A stretch of DNA of 64,000 nt from Chlamydiota bacterium (GTDB lineage: Bacteria; Chlamydiota; Chlamydiia; Chlamydiales; SM23-39): NCBI GenBank assembly GCA_038534095.1, contig JBCAXK010000004.1:1300-65299 (forward strand), given 5' to 3'. Shown in pieces: positions 9,879 to 17,968 of this stretch. Below the pieces are notes generated by a model that worked only from the letters and a program-made list of their open reading frames with translations, ran no database searches and was not told where the DNA came from. The translations under genes and the position numbers were made by a program. The first letter of the stretch is position 1; each line of letters opens with the position of its first letter.

Positions 9879-11201
9879 ATGACAAAAGATTTTTTTTCTG
9901 ACGAAAGAAAAATTTATGATTCGGTACACGGATTTATCCGCTTAGATACCATCGAAAAAGAACTGATCGAATCTTGGCCTTTTCAAAGGTTACACCATAT
10001 CCGGCAACTTGGGGGCGCTTTTCTTGTGTATCCTGGAGCTACCCATACAAGATTTGAACATTCTTTGGGAGTGATGGAGCTTGCTACCCGCATTTACCAC
10101 AATATTTGTAAGGCGGTGCGTCCAGACGTGTTTGCCCACGTTCCAAGAAAAGGATCGGTGGAGTACCACTACTGGCGCAAAGTACTCAGAATGTCCGCGC
10201 TATGTCATGATCTTGGCCATCTTCCCTTCTCTCACGCAGCAGAAAAGATGTTTTTAGGAGAAAAGGGGCACGAATATTGGACCTGCCGTGTAATTGAGAG
10301 CCCATTTATTCGACCTATCTTAGAAAAGGCGTATGTGGAAGCGGGATTTCAAGAGCTTTTTCCAGATAGGGATTTTGCGCAAGATGTAGCAAAAATTGCG
10401 GTAGGGGAGAGTTCCTGGAAAGCCCTTGGTCATAAGGGACTCTCCACCTGGGAAAAAATTGTTAGCGAGGTGATTACGGGGAACTTTTTTGGAGCTGACC
10501 GGATCGATTACCTGTTAAGGGATGCAAAAAGTACGGGCGTTGCTTATGGACTGTTTGATTATCAGCAGCTCATTGAAATGATTCGGATTTTACCGAGCGT
10601 AAAAGGGGCTCATGAACTTGCTCTTGGGATTAACGAAAATGGGATGGAATCTTGTGAGGCGCTTCTTCTAGCGAGACATTTTATGCACAGAAGAGTCTAT
10701 CAGTACGCTGGGGTAAAATCCTTCAATTTTCATTTACAAAACTTCATGCAAACATTCACCACAAAAGAAACTTTTGAGAGCGTAGAAAACTACATATCGC
10801 TTACTGACAATACAATTTTGCATGCGTTAGAAACAGCTTATCGGGAAAAAAATCATCCAGGATTTGCAGATGCTGGTGCTATTTTGGGAAGAAAGAACCG
10901 GTATAAAGCGCTGGGGGTAGGGAAAAAACTGTCGGAAGAACACCTAGCTTCCATTTGCAAACAGGCCAACATTCCTCCTAAAGAGACCTATCTTGAAAGC
11001 GCCGCCACGAAAAATCATGAGGAACTCTTAAGTTTTCCTGTGTCTCGTAAACATTTGATGGTTGAGCCTGCTCACAAAGTCTCTCAGCTCCTCTTCCGGT
11101 TTTTTTCTGAAGCCAATAGCTGGATCTACGTCCCTTCAGAAAATGAATCACGTCTTCGAGATGCGCTAGCCATTTGGAGTACCAAGCCCCATGTTTTCTA
11201 G
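9879..11201 (+). CDS. HD-domain phosphohydrolase, dNTP triphosphohydrolase/SAMHD1-like
   Basis: Motifs RFEHSLGV, CHDLGHLPFSH and GADRIDYLLRD are in the order typical of HD-domain dNTPase-like proteins. Confidence 0.7.
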   Translation: MTKDFFSDERKIYDSVHGFIRLDTIEKELIESWPFQRLHHIRQLGGAFLVYPGATHTRFEHSLGVMELATRIYHNICKAVRPDVFAHVPRKGSVEYHYWRKVLRMSALCHDLGHLPFSHAAEKMFLGEKGHEYWTCRVIESPFIRPILEKAYVEAGFQELFPDRDFAQDVAKIAVGESSWKALGHKGLSTWEKIVSEVITGNFFGADRIDYLLRDAKSTGVAYGLFDYQQLIEMIRILPSVKGAHELALGINENGMESCEALLLARHFMHRRVYQYAGVKSFNFHLQNFMQTFTTKETFESVENYISLTDNTILHALETAYREKNHPGFADAGAILGRKNRYKALGVGKKLSEEHLASICKQANIPPKETYLESAATKNHEELLSFPVSRKHLMVEPAHKVSQLLFRFFSEANSWIYVPSENESRLRDALAIWSTKPHVF

Positions 11202-12447
11202 ACTCCTTAGCCTTCAAGGATTTTCGAACAAAACGGCGCGATTTCTTCTATTTGCTATGGCGTGTAGTTTCTTTATTGCGATGGAATATGGGATTTCTAG
11301 GCCCGCAAGTAGCGCATTTTTTGTATCTAAATTGGGCGCTTCTTATTACCCATACGCTTGGCTTGTCGGCGTGCCGGTCAATTTTTTTCTCATTTTTCTC
11401 TATAACCGATTTCTCCCTAAAATGGGCTGTTTAGCGATGATGCGCCTTGTGATCATGCTCGTGATGTCCATCGGCCTTATGACCTACCTGCTCGTTGACC
11501 GTAGTGAGATTGCCGTCTTTTGCCATTACATTTGGAAGGATATTTACATACTCCTTATGTTCAAGCAGCTTTGGTCGCTGATCCACAGCACGGTAGACAC
11601 GCAAAAAGCACGGTATTTATACGGGCTGTTTTTCGGCATTGGCGGGCTAGGATCGGTGATCGGAAGCGCTCTTCCTGGCTTTTTTGCGGTGGCTTTAGGG
11701 TCAAAAACCCTATTTTTAGGGACGCTTCCCATCTACCTTTTACTCGGGATTTTCTACCAAAAAGCGTTGAACGAGAGCCAAGTACATTTTGGATTTCGTG
11801 ATCCTTTTGCTTCTCCCAGCAACAATCCCTTTTCCTTCATTTTTCAGAAACGATTTTTGTTCTACATTGCCTCTCTTGTGATGTTCATGCAACTGTCTGT
11901 TGCTTTTGTTGAATACCAATTCAACTACTACTTACAAACAGCGCTTCCTACTTTGGACCTGCGCACAGAGTACTGCGGACGCCTTTTCAGCATCATCAAT
12001 ATGCTCACAACAAGTTTTCAGATGTTGGGAGGATTTTTACTGATACAAACGCTTGGGATAAGCCTGTCCCACAAGATCATTCCACTCCTGTTTTTTTTAC
12101 AAGCGGCGCTGTTTGCGGTGATTCCCTCGTTTCGTATGGTGTCCATGTCCTTTGTTTCTGTGAAATCGATTGACCACTCATTCTTTGGAATCATCCGAGA
12201 AATGTTATACATTCCTCTGACAAAAGAGGAAAAATTCCAAGCAAAAGCGGTGATCGATGTGTTTATCTACCGTTTTGCAAAAGCTTTTGCTGCAATTTTG
12301 TTGATCTTAGGGGAGTGGATAGCGCCCGCTTCTATCCTGCAAGTGGTGCAAATGGGATCGTTTCTTGTGTTTGGTCTGTGGATGTTTACCACCTACAAAA
12401 TGTTTCGAGAAAAGCATCTCACATCGACTCTGATTGCTTCAAAGTAG
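11191..12447 (+). CDS. TLC/NTT-related (ATP:ADP antiporter family-like) membrane transporter, short form
   Basis: 418 aa, multi-pass. By-eye similarity to rickettsial/chlamydial Tlc/Npt: LWSLIHSTVDTQKARYLYGLFFGIGGLG versus [28 protein letters not shown], and MLYIPLTKEEKFQAKAVIDV versus [20 protein letters not shown]. It overlaps the HD gene by 11 nt. Confidence 0.6.
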   Translation: MFSRLLSLQGFSNKTARFLLFAMACSFFIAMEYGISRPASSAFFVSKLGASYYPYAWLVGVPVNFFLIFLYNRFLPKMGCLAMMRLVIMLVMSIGLMTYLLVDRSEIAVFCHYIWKDIYILLMFKQLWSLIHSTVDTQKARYLYGLFFGIGGLGSVIGSALPGFFAVALGSKTLFLGTLPIYLLLGIFYQKALNESQVHFGFRDPFASPSNNPFSFIFQKRFLFYIASLVMFMQLSVAFVEYQFNYYLQTALPTLDLRTEYCGRLFSIINMLTTSFQMLGGFLLIQTLGISLSHKIIPLLFFLQAALFAVIPSFRMVSMSFVSVKSIDHSFFGIIREMLYIPLTKEEKFQAKAVIDVFIYRFAKAFAAILLILGEWIAPASILQVVQMGSFLVFGLWMFTTYKMFREKHLTSTLIASK

Positions 12448-12933
12448 GGAAAAAGGCTTATCGAAATTGGGAAAGTCGCTCATCTCAGGAACGATTTCTT
12501 CAAACAACACTTCGTTGTTTTCATCAAGCACCAAAATGGCGCGCGCAAGTAGTCCCGCAACAGGTCCATCTTTGATCAGTATGCCATACGTTTCTCCAAA
12601 CCCTTGAAAGCGGAATGTGGAGAGCATGATCAAATTGGGAATCGATTCTTGTTCGCAATAATGGCTCTGCGCAAAAGGTAAATCGGCAGAAACGACAACA
12701 AAACTCACCTCTGGTTTCTCTTTTGCTCGCTCTCCAAGATCTTTGCCACTTTTCGAGCAGATAGAGGTCGCAATGCTAGGAACAAAGTAGAAGAATTTTT
12801 TCCCCTTGGCAAAATCTTGTAAAGTGACGTCTTTTAGATCCCGATTCGTGAGGGTAAACGGAGGCGCTTTTGTTCCCACTTGGGGGAGATTGCCGTAGGT
12901 ATGGATCGGATTGCCTTTGAAGAGAATTTGCAT
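12439..12933 (-). CDS. tpx: Thiol peroxidase
   Basis: Near full-length similarity to Tpx (FKGNPIHT..., PSIATSIC peroxidatic Cys, SADLPFAQSHYC, LARAILVLDENN). Confidence 0.88.
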   Translation of the reverse strand: MQILFKGNPIHTYGNLPQVGTKAPPFTLTNRDLKDVTLQDFAKGKKFFYFVPSIATSICSKSGKDLGERAKEKPEVSFVVVSADLPFAQSHYCEQESIPNLIMLSTFRFQGFGETYGILIKDGPVAGLLARAILVLDENNEVLFEEIVPEMSDFPNFDKPFSLL

Positions 12934-13117
12934 ACTATCTCCATATTTTTCTCTAAAAGTAGCCTGTTTTCCCCCCTTTTGGCAATAGAAAAAGCGTTTC
13001 TATTTCTCCTACGATCTTCTTTTGATGACTCCGTGGACGTTTTCATCACAAACGTTGCTAAAGCGTTTGTAAAATATTTCGATTTTTTGTAACTCATAAA
13101 AAAAGGGGAGGGGGGAT

Positions 13118-13303
13118 ATGTTTTGGAAAATGACAATGCTGGCAAGCGTTTTTTTTGCCTACAGCTGGTTTATTGGATCAGATGATACAAAAAGTATGAA
13201 AAAATTAGGGGAAAAAGTCTACGAATCGGTCTGTCACTTTGCTGAAGAGCATGAGATCCGGCTCCATGTGCATACGCCTGCTTGCTTTGCAGAAGAGGAG
13301 TAG
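13118..13303 (+). CDS. Small hypothetical membrane protein (61 aa)
   Basis: ATG at 13118 is preceded by a strong purine-rich SD (AAGGGGAGGGGGGAT). The N-terminal segment MLASVFFAYSWFI is hydrophobic. No homology was recognised. Confidence 0.45.
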   Translation: MFWKMTMLASVFFAYSWFIGSDDTKSMKKLGEKVYESVCHFAEEHEIRLHVHTPACFAEEE

Positions 13304-13305
13304 AG

Positions 13306-13767
13306 CTACTCTTTGCGGATTTGCCTCGCTAAACGATCCAAATCCCGCTCATCAGCCCGTACGTAATCGTGTGAAGAGACGTATCCTTCATATTTTTCAA
13401 AATACTGATCAATATGCGCAGTCATCCCTTGCCATTTGGTATTTTTTTTGATTCCGTGCAAAGGGATGATTTTTATGTGGGCGTGATCAATACCTAGACC
13501 CTCAGCAATCATCGCGCATCTAGCCACCCCTAACTTTTCATCTAAAAGAAGGCCCACCTCTTTAGCCGCAGCGCATAATCCAGCATAAATTTTCTCATGA
13601 AGAGAAAATACATAGCTAGGATAATGAATTTTGGAGGTGACTACTGTAAAGCCTTCTGTGTTGGGAAAAATCGATAAAAAAGCGATGAACTCGTCATTTT
13701 CCCAAATTTTATGGCAAGGAGCTTCTCCTTTCGCAATTTTGCAAAAAATACAAGATTCTTCTGTCAT
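13306..13767 (-). CDS. HIT family protein (histidine triad nucleotide hydrolase)
   Basis: CIFCKIAKGE at the N-terminus and the triad DHAHIKIIP are present. ATG at 13767 is preferred over the upstream TTG at 13791. Confidence 0.8.
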   Translation of the reverse strand: MTEESCIFCKIAKGEAPCHKIWENDEFIAFLSIFPNTEGFTVVTSKIHYPSYVFSLHEKIYAGLCAAAKEVGLLLDEKLGVARCAMIAEGLGIDHAHIKIIPLHGIKKNTKWQGMTAHIDQYFEKYEGYVSSHDYVRADERDLDRLARQIRKE

Positions 13768-13846
13768 AGAGCCTACTTCCGCTAATAGCAATAGAAAATT
13801 TTAGAGAATTTTCGATTAATCCTTTTTATAGTATAATATACGATTA

Positions 13847-14953
13847 TTGAATGGAGTCAAATTTTTGTCTGAAATTCCGCCTAATTCTAGCTCTATCCCA
13901 CCAGCGAATGGTATTATTGATCCCCCTTCGATCTTGGCTATTTTGGGAGATCACCATTTAGCTCTGATCACTACGATTTTTCTTCAGCTCATTTCTACTA
14001 CGCAAGCTTCTGTGGGAGAATCAGTTATATCTTCATCTCCCAAAGAAGGCAAGAAACCGGCGCCCTCCCAGTTCACACCAATTTCTACTCAGATCGCTGA
14101 AGGGCTCATCGAAACCCATATCTGGATTGCAACCGTTTTGCAGGAGTTACAGATAGTTCTTTCTCAAGATTCTTTTTTACTAAGTAGAGAACAAGAATCT
14201 GCTGCTGCTCTTAAAAAACTGGATCAACCTACTGAAAAAGAGCTCTTTGTGGAAACTTCGACAAAAAATACCGTCGAAAACGAGGTGTCTTCACCTCGAC
14301 ATACCCCTCTTTTTTTCCCCGCAGTCCCTGGAAAAACCATCAATAAAACAGGGGAGCACCCTGCGTTTGCTTCCCTTGCGCAGTCTGAGGCGCCTCAAAA
14401 TATCTCTAAACTCCTCACCATCAATGTTTCTTTGATCAAAGCCTTTAAAGATTTGACAAAACTCTCTTTCCTTGAGTCCTCGTTTTCAGAGACATTTTCG
14501 AGTCATGCATCAAAAACACCTTTGCATACACGTTCCCTCTCACTGCTTATTGAGGCAGTAAAACTCTCGCAAACCATTCCTAATATCCGAGAAAACGTGC
14601 TTGATGAACCTAAGCTCAAGAAAGCGCTCGAAGAGCGAGTCTTCTCTGCAGAAGCGTCTAAAAGTGAGAAAATGCTTCCTACACAAAAAAACCTTCCTAG
14701 AGCAGAAAAAGGGACCCTCGACTTAGAAACAATTGCTCCAAAAGTCCTTGCAAAAACCCTGGCAAAATTTTTGCAAAGTGAAAGCGCTCCGATGCCAACG
14801 CTCGTTGGAAAAGAGGAGGGGAAGATGTTCCAACCTTTGCCCTTTTCTCCAAAATTTGCCTTAAGGCGCAAAAAAGATGTGCAAAAAAAGACACCTCGAG
14901 AAGAGACTGACCAGCATCGGGACGAGGACTGCTTGGAAGAAGAGTCGTCATAG
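13847..14953 (+). CDS. Hypothetical Ser/Pro/Lys-rich protein (orphan)
   Basis: 368-aa ORF with low-complexity composition. It has only a TTG start, and there is no in-frame ATG for about 270 codons. No recognisable domain. Confidence 0.45.
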   Translation: MNGVKFLSEIPPNSSSIPPANGIIDPPSILAILGDHHLALITTIFLQLISTTQASVGESVISSSPKEGKKPAPSQFTPISTQIAEGLIETHIWIATVLQELQIVLSQDSFLLSREQESAAALKKLDQPTEKELFVETSTKNTVENEVSSPRHTPLFFPAVPGKTINKTGEHPAFASLAQSEAPQNISKLLTINVSLIKAFKDLTKLSFLESSFSETFSSHASKTPLHTRSLSLLIEAVKLSQTIPNIRENVLDEPKLKKALEERVFSAEASKSEKMLPTQKNLPRAEKGTLDLETIAPKVLAKTLAKFLQSESAPMPTLVGKEEGKMFQPLPFSPKFALRRKKDVQKKTPREETDQHRDEDCLEEESS

Positions 14954-15083
14954 CTCTAATCCTTCATATCTTCCTTTCGTTCCATTCTAATCACCCATGT
15001 TTCTAATCATAATCTCCATATTGATACATCTACAATCCTATTGACATAATAAAATTAAAAAAATACCCTAAAATTATAAAGGG

Positions 15084-15767
15084 ATGATTATTTGTATTAT
15101 GAAGTATTTAAAGGGAATCGTTTTTATAAGTTGTTTTCTCTCTTTTGCTTCTTGCTCAAAATCACCTATTGTCCTCGGAACAGAAACAGATATCAATCTG
15201 TACCATTTATCCCAACTAGATCTTGGAATGAGCTCTTGTCAAGTACGTTACGTCATGGGAAATCCCTCCATGATCAAAGAAGTCGTTGTGGGGGATACAA
15301 CTTATGAAGTTTGGTACTATTTAACGAGTCCCTATAGACTGGAACAAATCAAACCTATTCGTAGAAATTTCACTCCAGTCGTATTCAAAAACGATGCAGT
15401 AGATGGTTTTGGATATCTTTATTTGAAGCATTTACAAGGAGATAAACGTTTTGAAAGAAACAAAGCGTATTACAATACAAGACCTGAGATCGATAATGCA
15501 GAGTTACAAAGGGAAGGTCATGGATTTGTTCCGCCCCCTCCCTATGAAAATGTAAGCCCTGAAGCGTTAAGAGATCATACAACAACAGCCCAACCGAAAA
15601 CGGACCTTGAAGTGGAAGAAATTCTCGATGAAGTGGAATCAAGCTCTAAACAAAAAGGCGATCATCTCAAAAAAACCCGGTCTACTCCGACAGAAAATCA
15701 GCAAGAACCTCCAGAAAAACCTGCCCTATCTACTCCTCAATCGATAGAGCCGTCTCCTCAAAGATAA
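15084..15767 (+). CDS. Lipoprotein with BamE/SmpA-OmlA-like domain and an acidic/Pro-rich tail
   Basis: Signal peptide plus lipobox (FLSFASC). LDLGMSSCQVRYVMGNPS...YEVWYYL resembles the SmpA_OmlA fold. ATG at 15099 is an alternative start. Confidence 0.55.
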   Translation: MIICIMKYLKGIVFISCFLSFASCSKSPIVLGTETDINLYHLSQLDLGMSSCQVRYVMGNPSMIKEVVVGDTTYEVWYYLTSPYRLEQIKPIRRNFTPVVFKNDAVDGFGYLYLKHLQGDKRFERNKAYYNTRPEIDNAELQREGHGFVPPPPYENVSPEALRDHTTTAQPKTDLEVEEILDEVESSSKQKGDHLKKTRSTPTENQQEPPEKPALSTPQSIEPSPQR

Positions 15768-15874
15768 GGGAGACTACAAAAACCATAAGTTCCTCATAGA
15801 GCAGACCCTCCAACTTTGTAGTAGTCGTTAGAAACATTGTTGTAAAGGATCTATAAAATGGATCTTTAAACGCT

Positions 15875-16159
15875 CTAACGCCAATTCTGCGGGTAGTATT
15901 GTAAATCCTGTCTAATGATACCCCTTCGCTTCCAACGTATTCTTCTCCAATGGTCTTTTACTCGTGTTTCAGTCGATTTTTTTTGATGGGTTTTTGTAGT
16001 AGGTGAGCTCTTTGTATACGAAAACGCTTGGGAAAAGCACTCTCTAACGATTTTTTGTACTTTCGAGGCTAATTGTTTGAGTTGCTCTCCGATACAAGCA
16101 AAAGCTTTACAACATTGTTCTGGTATCTGTGAGCATAGTAAGTTTTGTACTGTTGTCAT
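15875..16159 (-). CDS. Small hypothetical basic protein (94 aa)
   Basis: ATG at 16159 is preceded by GGGAG with a 7-nt spacer. It lies in an AT-rich, otherwise non-coding region. No homology was recognised. Confidence 0.3.
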   Translation of the reverse strand: MTTVQNLLCSQIPEQCCKAFACIGEQLKQLASKVQKIVRECFSQAFSYTKSSPTTKTHQKKSTETRVKDHWRRIRWKRRGIIRQDLQYYPQNWR

Positions 16160-16370
16160 TATTTCTCCCTTAAATAATTAGTTAAACTTCCCTAAAAAAT
16201 AGCATTAAAGTTTTTTAAATTAAAAACATTCAAATTAATTATATTAAAAAAACCATTAAAAATGAATAAACTTTTAGTTCAATGGCTTTTAATTTTCTTA
16301 AACATATTAATATCAGATGTTTAATGTAAAAAACCAGTCTTTTTAAAATAAAATTTTTTGTTATTGTTGA

Positions 16371-16598
16371 GTGTTATCCATTAAAAACCTGGATAAACAA
16401 ACATCCTCATTATTGACATCGCTAATATACCTTACTTTAGAGGGCAAAAACTTAAGATCTCTTCCAGAAAACATTGGAAATTGCAAATCACTACGATCAC
16501 TCATTTTAGACGGCAAAAAATTCGCTCCTCTCGAACAAAAAATTCAAGGTTTGATGCCACGAACAAGTATCCATTTCGCGTACTACGAGAACGAATAA
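16371..16598 (+). pseudogene. Leucine-rich-repeat fragment (about two LRR units), probably a gene remnant
   Basis: LTSLIYLTLEGKNLRSLPENIGNCKSLRSLILDGKKF fits LxxLxLxxNxLxxLPxxIGxLxxLxxL. It has only a GTG start, codes 75 aa, and sits in very AT-rich DNA. Confidence 0.4.
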
Positions 16599-16936
16599 TC
16601 AAAAGAAACAGAAATCACAAATAAGATTTTGGGAATGTTTGCATGATTCATTTCTAGATTCAGGCTATTTTCTGTGAGACTTAGAACGTCTGATAATTGG
16701 TATTATGTGACATAAAGAAGAAATCAGAAGTGATTGTGCTGTAGGTCCTAAGAGCGCCGCAAGTTTTAACAAGTGTTTTTTTAATAAAGATCATTCATCT
16801 CTATTATTCACTATTAGTCACATTAAGAATTTCTTTTTTTCTTTTTCTTGTGTTTTTTATTCGCAAAAAGTTCGTCATGTTGAGTATGATTTTATGTACT
16901 GTATCAGAAACCATAACAAAAAAGGAGTGTTTGTTT

Positions 16937-17866
16937 ATGCATGTTCCTGTTCCTACAGTACAGTACGCCAATTACATAAAACAGCTCCAAACTAGGGGTC
17001 TCTTTTTAGGTTCTATTAGCGAAGAAGTTGAAAAGTTGGCCAATGTACGTGATAGCTGGTGCAATCAGATCCAGAAAATCAACAAATTCATTTTTGATCA
17101 GATTGTTTCTTCTTTAGAAAAACTGCCTAAAATCATGAAAGCAGCAAAAAATAATCAACCGATCGTAAAAATAGATGAATGCAATCTAGCGCTTGTGCGA
17201 GCCGCATTTATGCAACGCATCCCCCTATATATACAGAAAAAAGACCGCAAAGCAAGAACTTTAAGCCCCAAAGACTTAGTCCCATTTCAATTCGATCTCT
17301 GTTTTGAAAAATGCGCAGAAAACGCGAGGAAAGAACTCTACGCAGAAATGATCCGTTTAGGAGCGAAGTTCAGCAAAAGAGGCTCTGAATTACCATTCAT
17401 CGATCTTTTTAACAAGTTGTTCCACAAATCTTCTAAAGCAAAAAATAGCCCGCTACAAATAGCAAACGCTCCTAACACAAAAGAACAGGATGCTCAAAAT
17501 AGAGCGTTAATAAAGCCTAGCGATGATGGAGTGATCGTAGAAAAAACGGATGAGGTTACCGAATTTCAGGGCGATCAAAATCGTGTTAAGCAAACTGCGT
17601 ATCAGAGGATGCGCGTTCAAAAAACACTCACCACGGTTTTTCAATGGGTGTTTGGTGGCAAAAAAGCTGGGCCACAATACAGGGGTAATTTCGCGGATCT
17701 TCCAACTAACGCAGAATATAAAGATCACAAGTGCGAACATAAGGTTCCATCATTCGCTGGAGCTGATGAAACTAAGAAAACAGCCCTCTCCTCTCCTATC
17801 AAAACGTCTAAGGGGAATAACGGATTTATGATCGTTGATCTAAAGCCAGTTATAGCGCTTGATTGA
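16937..17866 (+). CDS. Hypothetical protein (orphan, hydrophilic)
   Basis: ATG at 16937 lies 9 nt after AGGAG. The ORF track start at 16850 looks like an upstream extension. No domain was recognised. Confidence 0.5.
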   Translation: MHVPVPTVQYANYIKQLQTRGLFLGSISEEVEKLANVRDSWCNQIQKINKFIFDQIVSSLEKLPKIMKAAKNNQPIVKIDECNLALVRAAFMQRIPLYIQKKDRKARTLSPKDLVPFQFDLCFEKCAENARKELYAEMIRLGAKFSKRGSELPFIDLFNKLFHKSSKAKNSPLQIANAPNTKEQDAQNRALIKPSDDGVIVEKTDEVTEFQGDQNRVKQTAYQRMRVQKTLTTVFQWVFGGKKAGPQYRGNFADLPTNAEYKDHKCEHKVPSFAGADETKKTALSSPIKTSKGNNGFMIVDLKPVIALD

Positions 17867-17968
17867 TTCAGCGTAGCAGATAGTCACAATCTTTTCCATG
17901 CCTGTTTAAGCTCTGTAGATGAACTACTTACAGGAAAGGCGCTCAAAAAGGTGATAGAAACAGGAGGC

